Shown here piece after piece: positions 1 to 12,345 of a stretch of 64,000 nt of DNA. The notes beneath the pieces were generated by a model. The model ran no database searches and was not told where the DNA came from. It worked only from the letters and a program-made list of their open reading frames with translations. The translations under genes and the position numbers were made by a program. Source of the DNA: Octopus sinensis (Eukaryota); NCBI RefSeq assembly GCF_006345805.1, contig NC_043001.1, forward strand, positions 13,702,001 to 13,766,000, in the 5' to 3' direction. Every line of letters begins with the position of its first letter. Positions within the stretch are counted from its first letter, which is position 1.

Positions 1-4
1 AAAG

Positions 5-8
<4 letters not shown>

Positions 9-58
<50 letters not shown>

Positions 59-116
59 TACATGCATATATATATATACACATGTATTATGTATATAATA
101 TATATATGTATGTATT

Positions 117-162
<46 letters not shown>

Positions 163-221
163 ATATACTTACATGCATATATATATATACACATGTATTA
201 TGTATATAATATATATGTATG

Positions 222-285
<64 letters not shown>
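9..285. repeat. (TA)n microsatellite with an internal ~110 bp duplication, followed by (GA)n
   Basis: Directly visible; the TACATGCATATATATATATACACATGTATTATG block occurs twice. Confidence 0.95.
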
Positions 286-288
<3 letters not shown>

Positions 289-394
289 CAATGACCCAGT
301 GGTTAGTGCAGCGGACGCGCGGTCGGAGGATATTCTTAGCATATTCATAAACCTTTTTACACCTATTCCACAACAAGAAAACTCTCGTCGCCCT

Positions 395-691
395 TTTCAA
401 ACCTACCCAGGTTCATGGGCCCGGTTTCCCGGTTTCTGTGGCGTATGTCTACCCCCACCAGTTGGAAGGGACGCCAGTCCATCGCAGCGTTACTCAAGAA
501 ACAGGAAGAGAGAGTGAGAGAAAGTTGTGGCGAAAGAGTACAACAGGGGTCGCCACCACTCCTTGCTGGAGCCTTGTGGAGCTCTTAGATGTTTTCGCTC
601 AGTAAACACACACAAAGCCCAGTCTGGGAATCGAAACCGCGATCCTCCGACCGCAAGTTCGCTGCCCTAACCATTGGGCCATTGCGCCTCC
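395..691 (-). mobile_element. SINE family C, full length (tail type 1); a lone SINE-C head faces it at 283-330 (+)
   Basis: Reverse complement begins GGAGGCGCAATGGCCCAATGGTTAGGGCAGC...GGTTTCGATTCCC (A and B box-like); body matches the copies at 11622, 57414 and 58671. Confidence 0.85.
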
Positions 692-2028
692 AACAAGACA
701 ACTACAATACAGGAATGGAGAAAAACTGACGCGATATGAAACTCTGAAGGCAGAAATCAGAAATTTATCATCGGTCAATGGAAAAAGTATATAAATCGCC
801 ATTAACTGTTAGTGTTGCGAGTAAATATATTACTAAGTATATTTTTGAATCCCTGTAGACTAGATAATTCCATCCTGTCAGACGAGCGTCAAACATTGGT
901 ATAGAATGCACAAAGAATGATTATAAGGCTTAGAATGAAGAACAGTTCTTAAAAACACAAACAGCATACAATAAAGTGTCGATGTTACAGACAAATTCAA
1001 CAGATTTTAAAATCGTACATAATGAAAACCTAGTTTATGGAGACGGACATAACACAAGTATACAATCTAAATGTGATACGCAAACCTTAGATTACTTTAT
1101 TATGTGAGATTGAATAGCGAAATCCAAAGAATAATTTTAGAAACGATATTGTGAACACTTTTGAATATATCATAGGTTTTAGGATTATGATGTATGAAAG
1201 TATAAATATTGGATACTGCCATATTATAAGAATGAAACAATAAAAAGTGTATAGCTGATCTTCGTATAGGAGAACAAATGAGTCTCTGAGTGCTGGAACA
1301 TAACAATGACACGTCAATATCGATAAAGAATACGAAGACGTCACCATATCGGACCTATTGATAAGAGAGGCAGATGTCAATATCATAAGAATAAATTAAA
1401 TAATCTATGTAGCTAGAGAAGCACTTACAATGGAATATGGTTAATTCCGCAAGATTTCTCACCCTCGAACACAGAAACTCAAGTACACAATAGGTGCAAA
1501 TTAAAAATTTTTAAAAAACATACGCAGAAATGCGAAAAATGTTAGTGTGATAAATTCAATAAAGCGCGCACTATGCTAGAGCGATACAGCATATCACAAT
1601 ACAAATTTCCCCAAATAATACTTTCTGCTTATCATAATACAGACGCAGAACAAGCACTACAGAAAAGAGTCGTTATTTATTTTACTATCTCTCTGTCTCT
1701 CTGGCAGATTTCAATTTACACTGCGACTCAATGATATATTACATGTCTATCTATAAACGATTTACAGAGAGCCAGGTGAAAATATTATCAATAAATACAA
1801 ATATAAAAATGCTCTGGAATGTTGACTTCCGATAGAATATAAATAATTTTCAGTCTTTAAAAAAAAAATAGCGTGATCATAGGGAGAAAACTGACCTCTA
1901 CGCCATAAAATATGCTCCCAGTGTCTTGCATTCGTCGTTATTATGTTGGCACTAAAAACCTTTAACCTACGGATTGCAGCATTGTAAATGTTGGTGCAAC
2001 AGCTAGGTTGACAATATTGATAGATTTC

Positions 2029-2446
2029 AGGCGGCGAGCTGGCAGAAACGTTAGAACGTCGGGCGAAATGCTTAGCGGTATTTCATCTCCCGCTACGTTC
2101 TGAGTTCAAATTCCGCCGAGGTCGACTTTGCCTTTCATCCTTTCGGGGTCGATTAATTAAGTACTAGTTACGCACTGGGGTCGATGTAATTGACTTAATC
2201 CGTCTGTCTGTCTTTATTTGTCCCCTCTGTGTTTAGCCCCTTAGGGGTAGTAAAGAAATAGGCATTTCGTCTGCCGTTACGTTCTGAGTTCAAATTCCGC
2301 CGAGGTCGACTTTGCCTTTCATCCTCTCGGGGTCGATAAATTAAGTACCAGTTACGCACTGGGTTCGATGTAATCGACTTACTCCCTTTGTCTGTCCTTG
2401 TTTGTCCCTTGTATGTTTAGCCCCTTGTGGGCAATAAAGAAATAAG
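2029..2446 (+). mobile_element. SINE family A (tRNA-like head plus two ~185 bp modules)
   Basis: Head GGCGGCGAGCTGGCAGAAACGTTAG, B box GAGTTCAAATTCC, core GTCGACTTTGCCTTTCATCCTTTCGGGGTCGAT repeated twice; many copies in the window. Confidence 0.9.
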
Positions 2447-2814
2447 ATAGATTTATGGTGGCATGCTACAGGAATCGTCAGCACTATGGACAAAATGCTT
2501 AGTGACATTTCGTCCGTGCTAAAGTTTTGAGTTCAAATTCTGCTGAGGCTGATTTTCAGTTTCATCTTCACGAGGTCGATAAATTGAAACAGCGATCAAG
2601 CACGGAGGCCGATGTTATAGACTAGTCCCTTCCCTCAAAATTCCAGGCATTTGCTTATAGTAAAAACGATTCTTGATCGATTTTGCATCAGTGTCCACAA
2701 CTTATACAGAGAACTACAATACACGAGGAAAAACATGCCTTTCTATATTTCAAGGAAGTCATCAAATATTATACAAACTTTGTGATAATTTGTGAATAAA
2801 TAAAAATTAGTATA

Positions 2815-3078
2815 GATCCATTTCGGTCATGAATGACCATGGGATTAAACCTAGAAATTTCCCCTCCAAGGCAAGGTTGTTTATGGAAGACCAGCAGTCG
2901 CCCATGCATAACATCCTTCCCTCTCTAAGCCACCAGTGTTAGCCAAGAGAAAGGCAAACGCCGAGACAGCTTGGCACCAGTGACGTCGCCACTCATTTCT
3001 ACACATGAGTGACCTGGAACAACGTGAAATAAAGTGTCTTGCTCAAGAGACACAGCACACAGTCCGGTCCGGGAATTG
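2815..3078 (-). mobile_element. SINE-like element, minor family E, head truncated
   Basis: Minus strand has GTGTCTCTTGAGCAAGACACTTTATTTCAC, similar to the segment after the head in the 46606 SINE. Confidence 0.55.
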
Positions 3079-4874
3079 GATAAAGGAAATAAGTTTTGAA
3101 AACTACAACCTATGTTTAAAAGTGAAAGTGGCATCGCAAAATATCATGACCGTATGACGACATGGCATTACCAATGTTATGACAAGAGTGAATACATCAG
3201 GGTGTGATAAAGAAAGTCTTCAGTAAGTATTAGATGGGAAAAAGCCTTCAATCTGTGATGTAACAACCAGAAGTAAATATGGAAAGTAAATTTGGAAACA
3301 CGGCGAGCTGCAAAATATATGGACACTGTAAATGAGTACCTATTATAGTGCTTGTTTCTTGGTGAACCCCGTGTGAGACAGAATGTTAGAGCATTCGTAC
3401 ATTATATAGTATTCCAGCATTATACAATTCCTAGAGAAAATGGAAAAGGTTGATCAAATACTTGAGGGCCAAAGAGATGACAAAGTGTTCATACCTTGTA
3501 ACATGCTGGTTCCCGTAGGTTGAGATGAAAGGAAAACACTCTTATTTATAGCCACAAACCAATGACAAAATATATGACTTCTAAGAGAAATATCAATTTC
3601 AATGAAAGGCTGTGTGTGTGTATGATTGTATGTGTGTGTGAGTATTTGCGTGTGTGTGTGGGTGTGTAGCTGGCTATGTATATATACATACATATGTATA
3701 TATTAGTTTTTTGGAAAACCTTCCATCAAGAATGTGTGCATTGAATTCAAAAATAATCTCATAACTGTCAGCAATTTGGAAATGAAAAAAAGCGAAGCAA
3801 GACGTTATAAGGTTACCGTTTTCCCGTGTCGTCATATATAGAATTTAACAATGCAACGCTCTGTAGCTACATTGCATAACGTATTTGTAATGCATCAGGA
3901 AAGCAGCAAAAACCAGAATAAAATACTCTAGGTGCCAAAAAAAACCACACACTTCTGCTCTGATGTGCAATAAAAATACGCATTAAAATAAATCTACCGG
4001 AATATTATTAATGTCGCTAAAGGCTACTGTGTTATCTACAATATCTTTTTCTCCTATAAGAATTATAGAGACCTCTGATCAGGTAGCAATAATATAAAGT
4101 GCCAAGTGACTATCGATCGCATGGTGTTCTTTGGGTCACGTTTACTCTAAGAGACTTGATTTTCAATGATGATAAATAAGCCTGTTTTAGAAATGAAATA
4201 CTTTTTAGAGTAATTGTTGACGGTATTTGACATGGCTGTTTGCTTTGTGCTGAAAGGTCAAGACTCCTGCATATTGCAAGATTTATTGATAGTAATCAAT
4301 TCATACTAGGAGAAAAAGCTGATAAGATTTGTGTCAGAGGATAGATGCAGGAAATATGAATATAAAGAAATTGTTGATTTTGGCAAAAGTTGTAGGTGAT
4401 AAATTCCTGGGTTATTAAGTTAAAATAATGGAAAGCGATAGATATCAATCACCTAGAAAGAAATATTTGGTAAAGAATCAGGCAGAGGAAAAAAAATTAC
4501 CGTCAAAACGGCTAAACCATGTTTACTAAGTGTGTCTTGTAAGAGGACATCATACAGAGTCCTTAATATGCAAGCAATTAGTACGTAGTGAAAAAATATA
4601 CCATTACGCGCAGCTGTAGCGGTGTGGTTACCACGTTGTTCTGTGTCCGGCCCCACTGCGTGGCACCTTAGGAAATTATTTTTTACTTTACCCCCAGGCC
4701 GAACAAAGCTTTGTTAGTGGGTTTGGTAGATGGATAATGAAATAAAATCTGTCCTGTGTATGTGTGTGTGAGTGCGTGTGAGCGTGTGAACGTGTGTGTG
4801 TCCCTATCTGTGTGTCTGTGTCTGTGTCTGCGATTGTGATCATCCTTGCTGTCACGCTTCACGGATGAACCTGT

Positions 4875-5470
4875 TTTTCGACTGAATAGTAACTGGTGAC
4901 GAGAAATGTGTTATCTATAAAAATTTCAAGCACCGAAAACTGCGGGTAGGGAAAGGAGAAACACAGGCACCCCAGGCTAAAGAAGGTCTTCAACAACATA
5001 AGGTGTTGGTATCTGTTTGGTGGGATATGAAAGGTTTAGTCCACTTTGAACTTTTAAACCCAAACTAGACAATAACTAAGGAGAACTGCTACGAGCAGCT
5101 TGAAGGGCTTAGGTCAGCGGTAGAAGAAAAACGTCCATCTTCGGTTTCAAGACGAAATGTATTCTTCCATCAGAATAATCTTGGGCCACATGCAACGTGG
5201 ACGACGTACCAAAGACCGGAGTAGTTTGAATGGAAAACGCTGTCCTACCTACCATATTCGGCGGTTAATATTCCATCTGATTATAATTTCTACCGCATTC
5301 TACAAAATCATCTGGACGGAAAAATTATGAATTCAATAGACGAGATCAGAGCAGTACTGGACGAGTATTTTTCGTCACGGACAAGTCAATTGGGAAGAAG
5401 GGCCTTACAAGTTTAACAGATAGATGGAAGAGCATTGTAGAAAATGAAGGAGACATTGTTTTAGATTTGA
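4875..5470 (+). mobile_element. Decayed mariner (Tc1/mariner) transposase, catalytic C-terminal half
   Basis: Hand translation with stops/frameshifts: IVTGDEKCVIY, VLVSVWWDMKGLVHFELL, FFHQNNLGPH, PSDYNFYRILQNHL, RWKSIVENEGD - mariner DDD-domain motifs. Confidence 0.85.
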
Positions 5471-5502
5471 TAAGAGTGTGGAATGTACGTATAAGCATTC
5501 AC

Positions 5503-5905
5503 TTATTCTTTTCTACTCGAGGCACAAGGTCCGAAATTTTTGGAGAGGGGTCCAGTCCATTAGATCGACCCAAGTACGCAACTGGTACTTAATTTATCGA
5601 CCCCCGAAAGGGTGAAAAACAAAGTCAACCTCTACCGAATTTGAACTTGGAGCGTAAAGACAGACGAAATACCTATTTCTTTAATGCTCACATGGGACTA
5701 AACACAGAGAGGACAAACAAGGACAGACAAACGGATTAAAACGAATATATCGACCCCAGTGTGTAACTGTTCATATTTAATCGACCCCGAAAGGATGAAA
5801 GGCAAAGTCGACCTCGGCGGAATTTGAACTCAGAACGTAACGGCAGACGAAATAAGGCTACGCATTTCGCCCGGTGTGCTAACGGTTCTTCCAGCTCACC
5901 GCCTT
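5503..5905 (-). mobile_element. SINE family A, two modules
   Basis: Reverse complement of the head at 5880-5905 and two cores. Confidence 0.9.
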
Positions 5906-6150
5906 AAACATTTACTTAATTATAAGACAACGCACTCTAAAATGAAGACAGAGCAACGAAAATACGACTATGTTTTGACTCCTGGTCTCAATTTCATTTA
6001 ATAATATGTACTTAGATGTAATTATATATATTTCAGCGTACTGCCAGATTATATTGCAATGATTTCGAAACTGCTGTATTTTCTTATTACGTGTGGCAAT
6101 ATATGCATCGACTATTTCTCTGCCTCATGTATACACACACACACACACAC

Positions 6151-6184
<34 letters not shown>

Positions 6185-6290
6185 ATATATATATATATAA
6201 TAATAATAAATATTAGGGAATGAATCCAAAATTACAGGGAAAAATCAGATTTAGGGTTAAATCCAATTTTATAGTAAAATATTATATAAT

Positions 6291-6406
6291 ATAATTCGAG
6301 ACAAAACCACTATTTTAAAACCAAACAAGGAAAGACTTAATCAATACATGTATTGATTAAGTCTTTCCTTGTTTGGTTTTAAAATAGTGGTTTTGTCTCG
6401 AATTAT
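6291..6406. repeat. Perfect 116 bp palindrome with no spacer
   Basis: Arms checked by eye; centre TACA|TGTA at 6348/6349. Confidence 0.95.
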
Positions 6407-6519
6407 TTTATATATATTGATATTAATATATATAATATATATCTATATATATATAATATATATATATATATATTATATATATATATATCTATCAAAATCA
6501 GCAACAAGTATAACCAAGG

Positions 6520-6960
6520 TAAGTAGTACAATGTTTTCATGATACCTCATTTTTATCAAACACTGTAAGTATTACATCAGTTTTAAAATGTCGAGCAATC
6601 TTCAGCCACATATAGAATTTTCCAATTAAACGGACAATGCACATTCTTATCCCTATTTCACTTGCAAACATTATAAAGAAGGTAGATATATATAGACAGA
6701 GAGGTTGATTTCATTCTTAAGTATATGATAGTAGTATATTCACTCTCTGACTGCAGATTTTATCATTGAGCTCACTTAGTTATTTAGATCTGTCAGTGGG
6801 GAGGTGGTTTTATTCTTGGTTGAATGGAGACAAGCACGAATTTGTTTTCTATTTATAGATATAGGAGGGGTAGTACAAATGTCAAAACCATAAACCATTC
6901 CCATTTTGAGGAATTCAGTTTACAAATATTTGAATGTATTATAGCAAAAAGCTAGTAGGT
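6520..6960 (-). mobile_element. Penelope-like element 3' end fragment (C-terminal remnant plus hammerhead-like motif)
   Basis: Minus strand gives a frameshifted DLNNLSELMIK-CSQRVNILLS, resembling the LNxRSELxxKCRH terminus of Penelope-like ORFs, followed by CTGAAGA...GAAAAC. Confidence 0.5.
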
Positions 6961-7109
6961 TGAAGTTAGAGGGGTAGGGGAACATAGACTACTAGTGATC
7001 TAGAGGTTTACAATGTCTCTTACCATTTAACATCGAGATTCTATATTAAGAAATTTAAGTAAATATTTCACCATTATTATTTAAAATTTAAATTTACACA
7101 CACACACAC

Positions 7110-7165
<56 letters not shown>

Positions 7166-7310
7166 ACTTGTAAACAAGGGCAAAAGAAAAAATTCTAATG
7201 TCAAATATGCCGAAACTAGACACATCGTCCATAACCATATTATCCATCACTATAAGCACGCGTATATTATATATATTATATATATATATATATATACATA
7301 CATTCCCCCC

Positions 7311-7346
<36 letters not shown>

Positions 7347-7522
7347 AATTTTCTTGTTTCATTTGATTCCAGCCATGCTATAACTTCGCCTTAAAGGATT
7401 TACTTAGTCGAAAACATCGACCCCAGAACGTATTCTTTGTAAGCCTATTATTGGTTATCAAGTGATGATGGATGGTCAAGCATAGACACAAAGACACACA
7501 CATATAAATATATACAAATGTA

Positions 7523-7935
7523 TAGGCGCAGGAGTGGCAGTGATGGTAAGTAGCTTGCTTACCAATCACATGGTTCCGGGTTCATCCCACTGCATGGCAC
7601 CTTGGGCAAGTGTGTTCTACTATAGCCTCGGATCCAACCAAAGCCTTCTGAGTGGATTTGGTAGACGGAAACTGAGAGAAGCCCATCGTATATATGTGTA
7701 TATATATGTATGCGTGTGTATATGTTTGTGTGTCTGTGTTTGTCCCCCCAGCATCGCTCGACGACCGATGCTAGTGTGTTTACGTTCCCGTCACTTAGCA
7801 GTTCGACAAAAGAGACCGATATAATAAGTAATAGGCTTACAAAGAATATATCCTGGGGTCGATTTGTTCGACTGAAGGCGGTGCTCCAGCATGGCTGAAG
7901 TCAAATGACTGAAACAAGTAAAAGAGTAAAAGAGT
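7523..7935 (+). mobile_element. SINE family B, full length; a 5' half copy follows on the minus strand (7947-8110)
   Basis: Head TAGGCGCAGGAGTGGC..GGTAAGTAGC, B box GGTTCA(G)TCCC, internal (TA/TG)n, tail GGCGGTGCTCCAGCATGGC..AAACAAGTAAAAGAGTAAAAGAG. Confidence 0.9.
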
Positions 7936-8813
7936 ATATAAATATACTACGGGCTTCTTTCAGTTTCCGTCTACCAAATCCACTTGCAAGGGTTCGTTTG
8001 ACTTGTGGCTATAGTAGAAGAGACTTGTCGAAGGAGCCATGCAGGATCTGAACTCGGAATCATGTGGTTGGGAATTCAGCTTCTTATCTCACACCCATGC
8101 CTGTGCCCGTATGCATGTATGTGTGTGTATGTGTGTCAGTGTGTGCGCGTATGTGTGTCAGTGTGTGCGTATATGTGTGTGTATGCTTGCGCGTGTGCCG
8201 TGTGTGTGTGTGCCTGTGTATGCGAGTGTGTGTGAGTGTTGACTACCATAACATTTGTTTTGATCTCTGCGGCAATATATTCCAAATCTCTTAATCTATA
8301 GCAACTAAAGACATTGAATTTGTAACATTCTATCGAATACCTGTTCTGTTCTTGATGATTAATATAAGCTGAATTTGACACGCTGACAACCTAGTTCCAT
8401 CTAGTATTTCAAATGACATTTCCTCGCATACATTCTAAACTCTTGTGCTCGCTTTTTTCCCCCTAAGCATACATATTCCTCATGCTTGTTACAAATGTCG
8501 TAGTTCATTTACACAACCCGTCGTAACGCTGTCACTTAGTAACTGATTGTTCTTCTCATTAACTGTTAATCACATTCTAATATTTTGCTTCCTAACTGTT
8601 CCGAACTATACATATTTCAATTAAGATTAGTAGATAGACAGATTTGGTAGAGTGACAGACATCACTGTATATAGCTAGTAACAGTTGAGTTCTGTGTTCA
8701 AGTTCCGCCGAAGTCACCATTGTATTTCCCCATTCCTCTACCGTTCAAATAAGTACCAGTCAAGTCCTCATCATTTCTGTTCTGTATTTAAGAGGTGAGG
8801 AATTATGTACATT

Positions 8814-9213
8814 ACTCTTTTACTTGTTTCAATCATTTGACTGCGGCCATGCTGGAGCACTGCCTTTAGTCGAGCAACTCGACCCCGGGACTTATTCTTT
8901 GTAAGCCCAGTACTTATTCTATCGGTCTCTCTTGCCGAACCGCTAAGTGACGGGGACGTAAACACACCAGCATCGGTTGTCAAGCAATGCTAGGGGGACA
9001 AACACAGACACACAAACATATACACACATATATATATATACATATATACGACAGGCTTCTTTCAGTTTCCGTCTACCAAATCCACTCACAAGGCATTAGT
9101 CGGCCCGGGGCTATAGCAGAAGACACTTGCCCAAGATGCCACGCAGTGGGACTGAACCCGGAACCATGTGGTTGGTTAGCAAGCTACTTACCACACAGCC
9201 ACTCCTGCGCCTA
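8814..9213 (-). mobile_element. SINE family B, full length
   Basis: Near-identical to the 12891-13352 and 43980-44396 copies. Confidence 0.9.
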
Positions 9214-11042
9214 TTTACATTATTTACATTATTTACATTTGATGGGGAATTATGTACATTATTTAGATTATTTACATGGCTGATAATTTCAGTTGTAAAG
9301 GCAATGAGTATATGTTGGAACATTGGCAAGGAATCATAAATAATGGAGGAGACCATATTATTGGCAGAGAGGTAATATTTATCCTTACTTAAACAAATTA
9401 TATTACGGTAGTTACCATAAGAGAAACTCTCATATTGGCTTTTGGTACAAAATGCGTTCTTCTTTATATCGCTAGCGGGGAGATAAATGGCCGACAACTC
9501 CAGCGCCGAGACCACCTGATCACGATCTCAATGATGGAGGCTTGACCGCTAGAGATAGCAGAGATTTATAGTCAAAGAGAGCCAGAACAAACGCAGGCGT
9601 CGCGATTAGCCAGTTAACTAGTTAGAATATTTATATATATATATTTAAGTATATGTATATATATATATATATATTAGTTACAAAGGTACTATTAATAACA
9701 GAAGTTAATATTTACCACAACTTTCCCAAACCATACTGCGGTCTCTGATACTGGCATTTTGGGGCAAAATGCATTTTTCTTTTTTGTTTATGTCCGTCCG
9801 GAGGAAATAAATCCTCGCTTTCTTAGTCACCAGGATCACCAAATCACGTGATTTTGACCTTCTTTGATCTTGTCAGTGATAGACGCCTGACTGCCAGGGA
9901 TATTATTGACTGATTTGGGAAACTTACTGATGTAAAATAAGGATTAAAATGGATGAAAACATCTGAAAACCCAATATTTCACTATTTTCTGAAAAGTGCG
10001 GTCTTTTATGTTCTTCATTAATGATTACAAATAATTTTGTTTATAATGTGTATCAGCAACAACAACCAAGGCACTGCACAAATAAATTTGAAGACACAGA
10101 AAGAAAACAGTTCCACCACCAGGTTTCTACACACAACTTTCACAAAACTGATGTCTAAAGAAACAGCTCGGGTTGACACACGCTTTTGAATCTAAGCCAT
10201 TTGCATAACGGCAAGTTTCATAAAAGGTAGTAACAAACTTCATGATGCAAACAAAAAGGAAGGCTGACAGTAATATCAGGGAGGCGTAAACAGAACAATT
10301 ATCTTTGCGGACCTTGGTCGACAACAGAAGGGAAGGCATTGTGTTTGAAAATTAATATGGTCGTGGTATCGCAAAATTACTAACTGAAAGAAGAGAGAAA
10401 TGACATCTCCTCGCCTTCGCCTTTCAAAAAAGAAAGCGAGCACTCGACAGGCTCAAACATTATGCACCATTCACAATTTTGCCAAGACGCTAAACACTAC
10501 ACTAACGTAACAACCAATCAATTGTTAAAAGATTCTGGAACCTTCTGACAGTTTTATTGATGCCATTATCTTGTGTGGAATGTCATTTATGAAATATTAA
10601 CTTCCTCTCTTTGATTATTAATCTCACACTGTTTAATAGAGAACTACTTCAACACACGTTTAATATACAACTTAATATCAGCTACGTTCATTCATTTTAC
10701 ATTTATGGATGTTGGACAGAATCTTATTATTCTACTAATTATAAAAAGCAAAACATTATAACTAGAAGGCATTAATTCGGATATCTTCTACCTATGTAGA
10801 TTGTGAACAATATTTATCACTTAATAATTTGGTTAATGTTGTCTAGGTAATTACCATTCTTCGATTGAATTAGGAATAATAGAGTTCATATATCTTGAAA
10901 TTGGTGACATTTATAATTGCTCTGACAAATACATATATTCAATCATTTCCAGTTTAGTGAACTGAAGCCGCTTGAAATGAAGTGTTTTGCTCAAAAACAC
11001 AACGCAGCCACGTGTTTGGAAATAGAACGTTCAAACTGATGA

Positions 11043-11437
11043 TCTTTATATATGGAAGTGAAGTTGTGTGAGTGTCTGTCTACTCCGATTTAGATTCCTA
11101 ACTACTCCCACATTTTACGGTGCAGTTTAACCAAAACCGGGTATCTTATAGTCGTGATTCATATCGAGCCCTTCTGGGTATTAGCGCGCGTGTACGATGA
11201 GTCTACGATTTTAAAAATAATTTACCATAATTTTTTTCAATTTTAATGCATTTGTTTTTTAATATAAGGGAAGTAACTCTCTAAAAATGTCTACGATGAG
11301 TCAACGATTTAAAAAAACATTTACCATAATTTTTTTTCCATTTTTAATGATTTTTTGCTATTTTTTGGCTATAACTCTAAAAATGCTTTATAGTTATTTC
11401 CCTTACAAACCCGAGCAACGCCGGGCGATACTGCTAG
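11043..11437 (+). mobile_element. Non-autonomous Helitron, 5' type 1
   Basis: A|TC 5' end, CTAG|T 3' end, subterminal hairpin CCCGAGCAACGCCGGG, no TSD; homologous to 55921-56317. Confidence 0.85.
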
Positions 11438-11621
11438 TCTTGAATAAAACTCTCTTAGCTATTTTACCAGATCTTAGCTATTTAAAGTAATATCCTTTAA
11501 TTGTTGTATTAAATAATTGTAGAGACTGAGCTGGTTATAACGGTTCTGTTAATATTCAGATCAGATGTTGGTTATGAACGACGGCTGACACTGGTAATGT
11601 TATTGTCAATATAGAGCTTCG

Positions 11622-12010
11622 AATGTGGAGGCGCAATGGCCCAGTGGTTAGGGCAGCGGACTCGCGGTCGTAGGATCGCGGTTTCGATTCCCAGACCGGG
11701 CGTTGTGAGTGTTTATTGAGCGAAAACACCTAAAGCTCCACGAGGCTCCGGCAGGGGATGGTGGTGATCCCTGCTGTACTCTTTCCCCACAACTTTCTCT
11801 CACTCTTACTTCCTGTCTCTCTTGTACCTGTATTTCAAAGGGCCGGCCTTGTCACTCTCTGTGTCACGCTGAATATCCCCGAGAACTACGTTAAGGGTAC
11901 ACGTGTCTGTGGAGTGCTCAGCCACTTACACGTTAATTTCACGAGCAGGCTGTTCCGTTGATTCGGATCAACCGGAACCCTCGTCGTCGTAACCGACGGA
12001 GTGCTTCCAC
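11622..12010 (+). mobile_element. SINE family C (tail type 2) with an 11 bp TSD
   Basis: ATAGAGCTTCG at 11611-11621 and 12011-12021; tRNA-like head GGCGCAATGGCCCAGTGGTTAGGGCAGCGG...GGTTTCGATTCCC. Confidence 0.92.
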
Positions 12011-12345
12011 ATAGAGCTTCGTTCATAGAAACATTATTTCGAAACGATGTAATGAGATCGCAGTTGTTTTCTCTGCTAATGATATTTCTAATTTCGATGG
12101 TAATAATGGCAATGCAATTAGAAGTAATTCAGTGTAATTGTGGTGTATAGATGTAATTAAGAGACTGGGTGTTATTGTTGACAGTTGGTCTAAATGATGA
12201 AATATTTGTGCTGTACATTAACTCATCTGTTTGACCAGGAAGAATATTTGTCTGTGTTCATTTACCTTCCACTCTTCAATTTTGATAACAATTCTCAATA
12301 TGGGGTATATGTAACCCTGTGTTGAGTTTAGCTTTTATTTTCTGA

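Noticed and set aside
62-517. 151 aa ORF and the many other IYIY/HTHT/CVCV/MDGW ORFs across the window
   Set aside because: Translations of (TA)n, (CA)n and (GGAT)n microsatellites, which lack stop codons by composition.
1250-1400. Ankyrin-like peptide DLLIREADVNII
   Set aside because: Too short, surrounded by stops, and no second recognisable repeat.
8987-9283. Recurrent ORFs such as MLGGQTQTH..DRLLSVSVYQIHSQG (also 13075, 44154, 44164)
   Set aside because: Chance frames through SINE-B; they recur only because the SINE recurs.
11625-11700. tRNA gene-like sequences at SINE heads
   Set aside because: A and B boxes are present, but no complete cloverleaf or acceptor stem and they run into SINE bodies.
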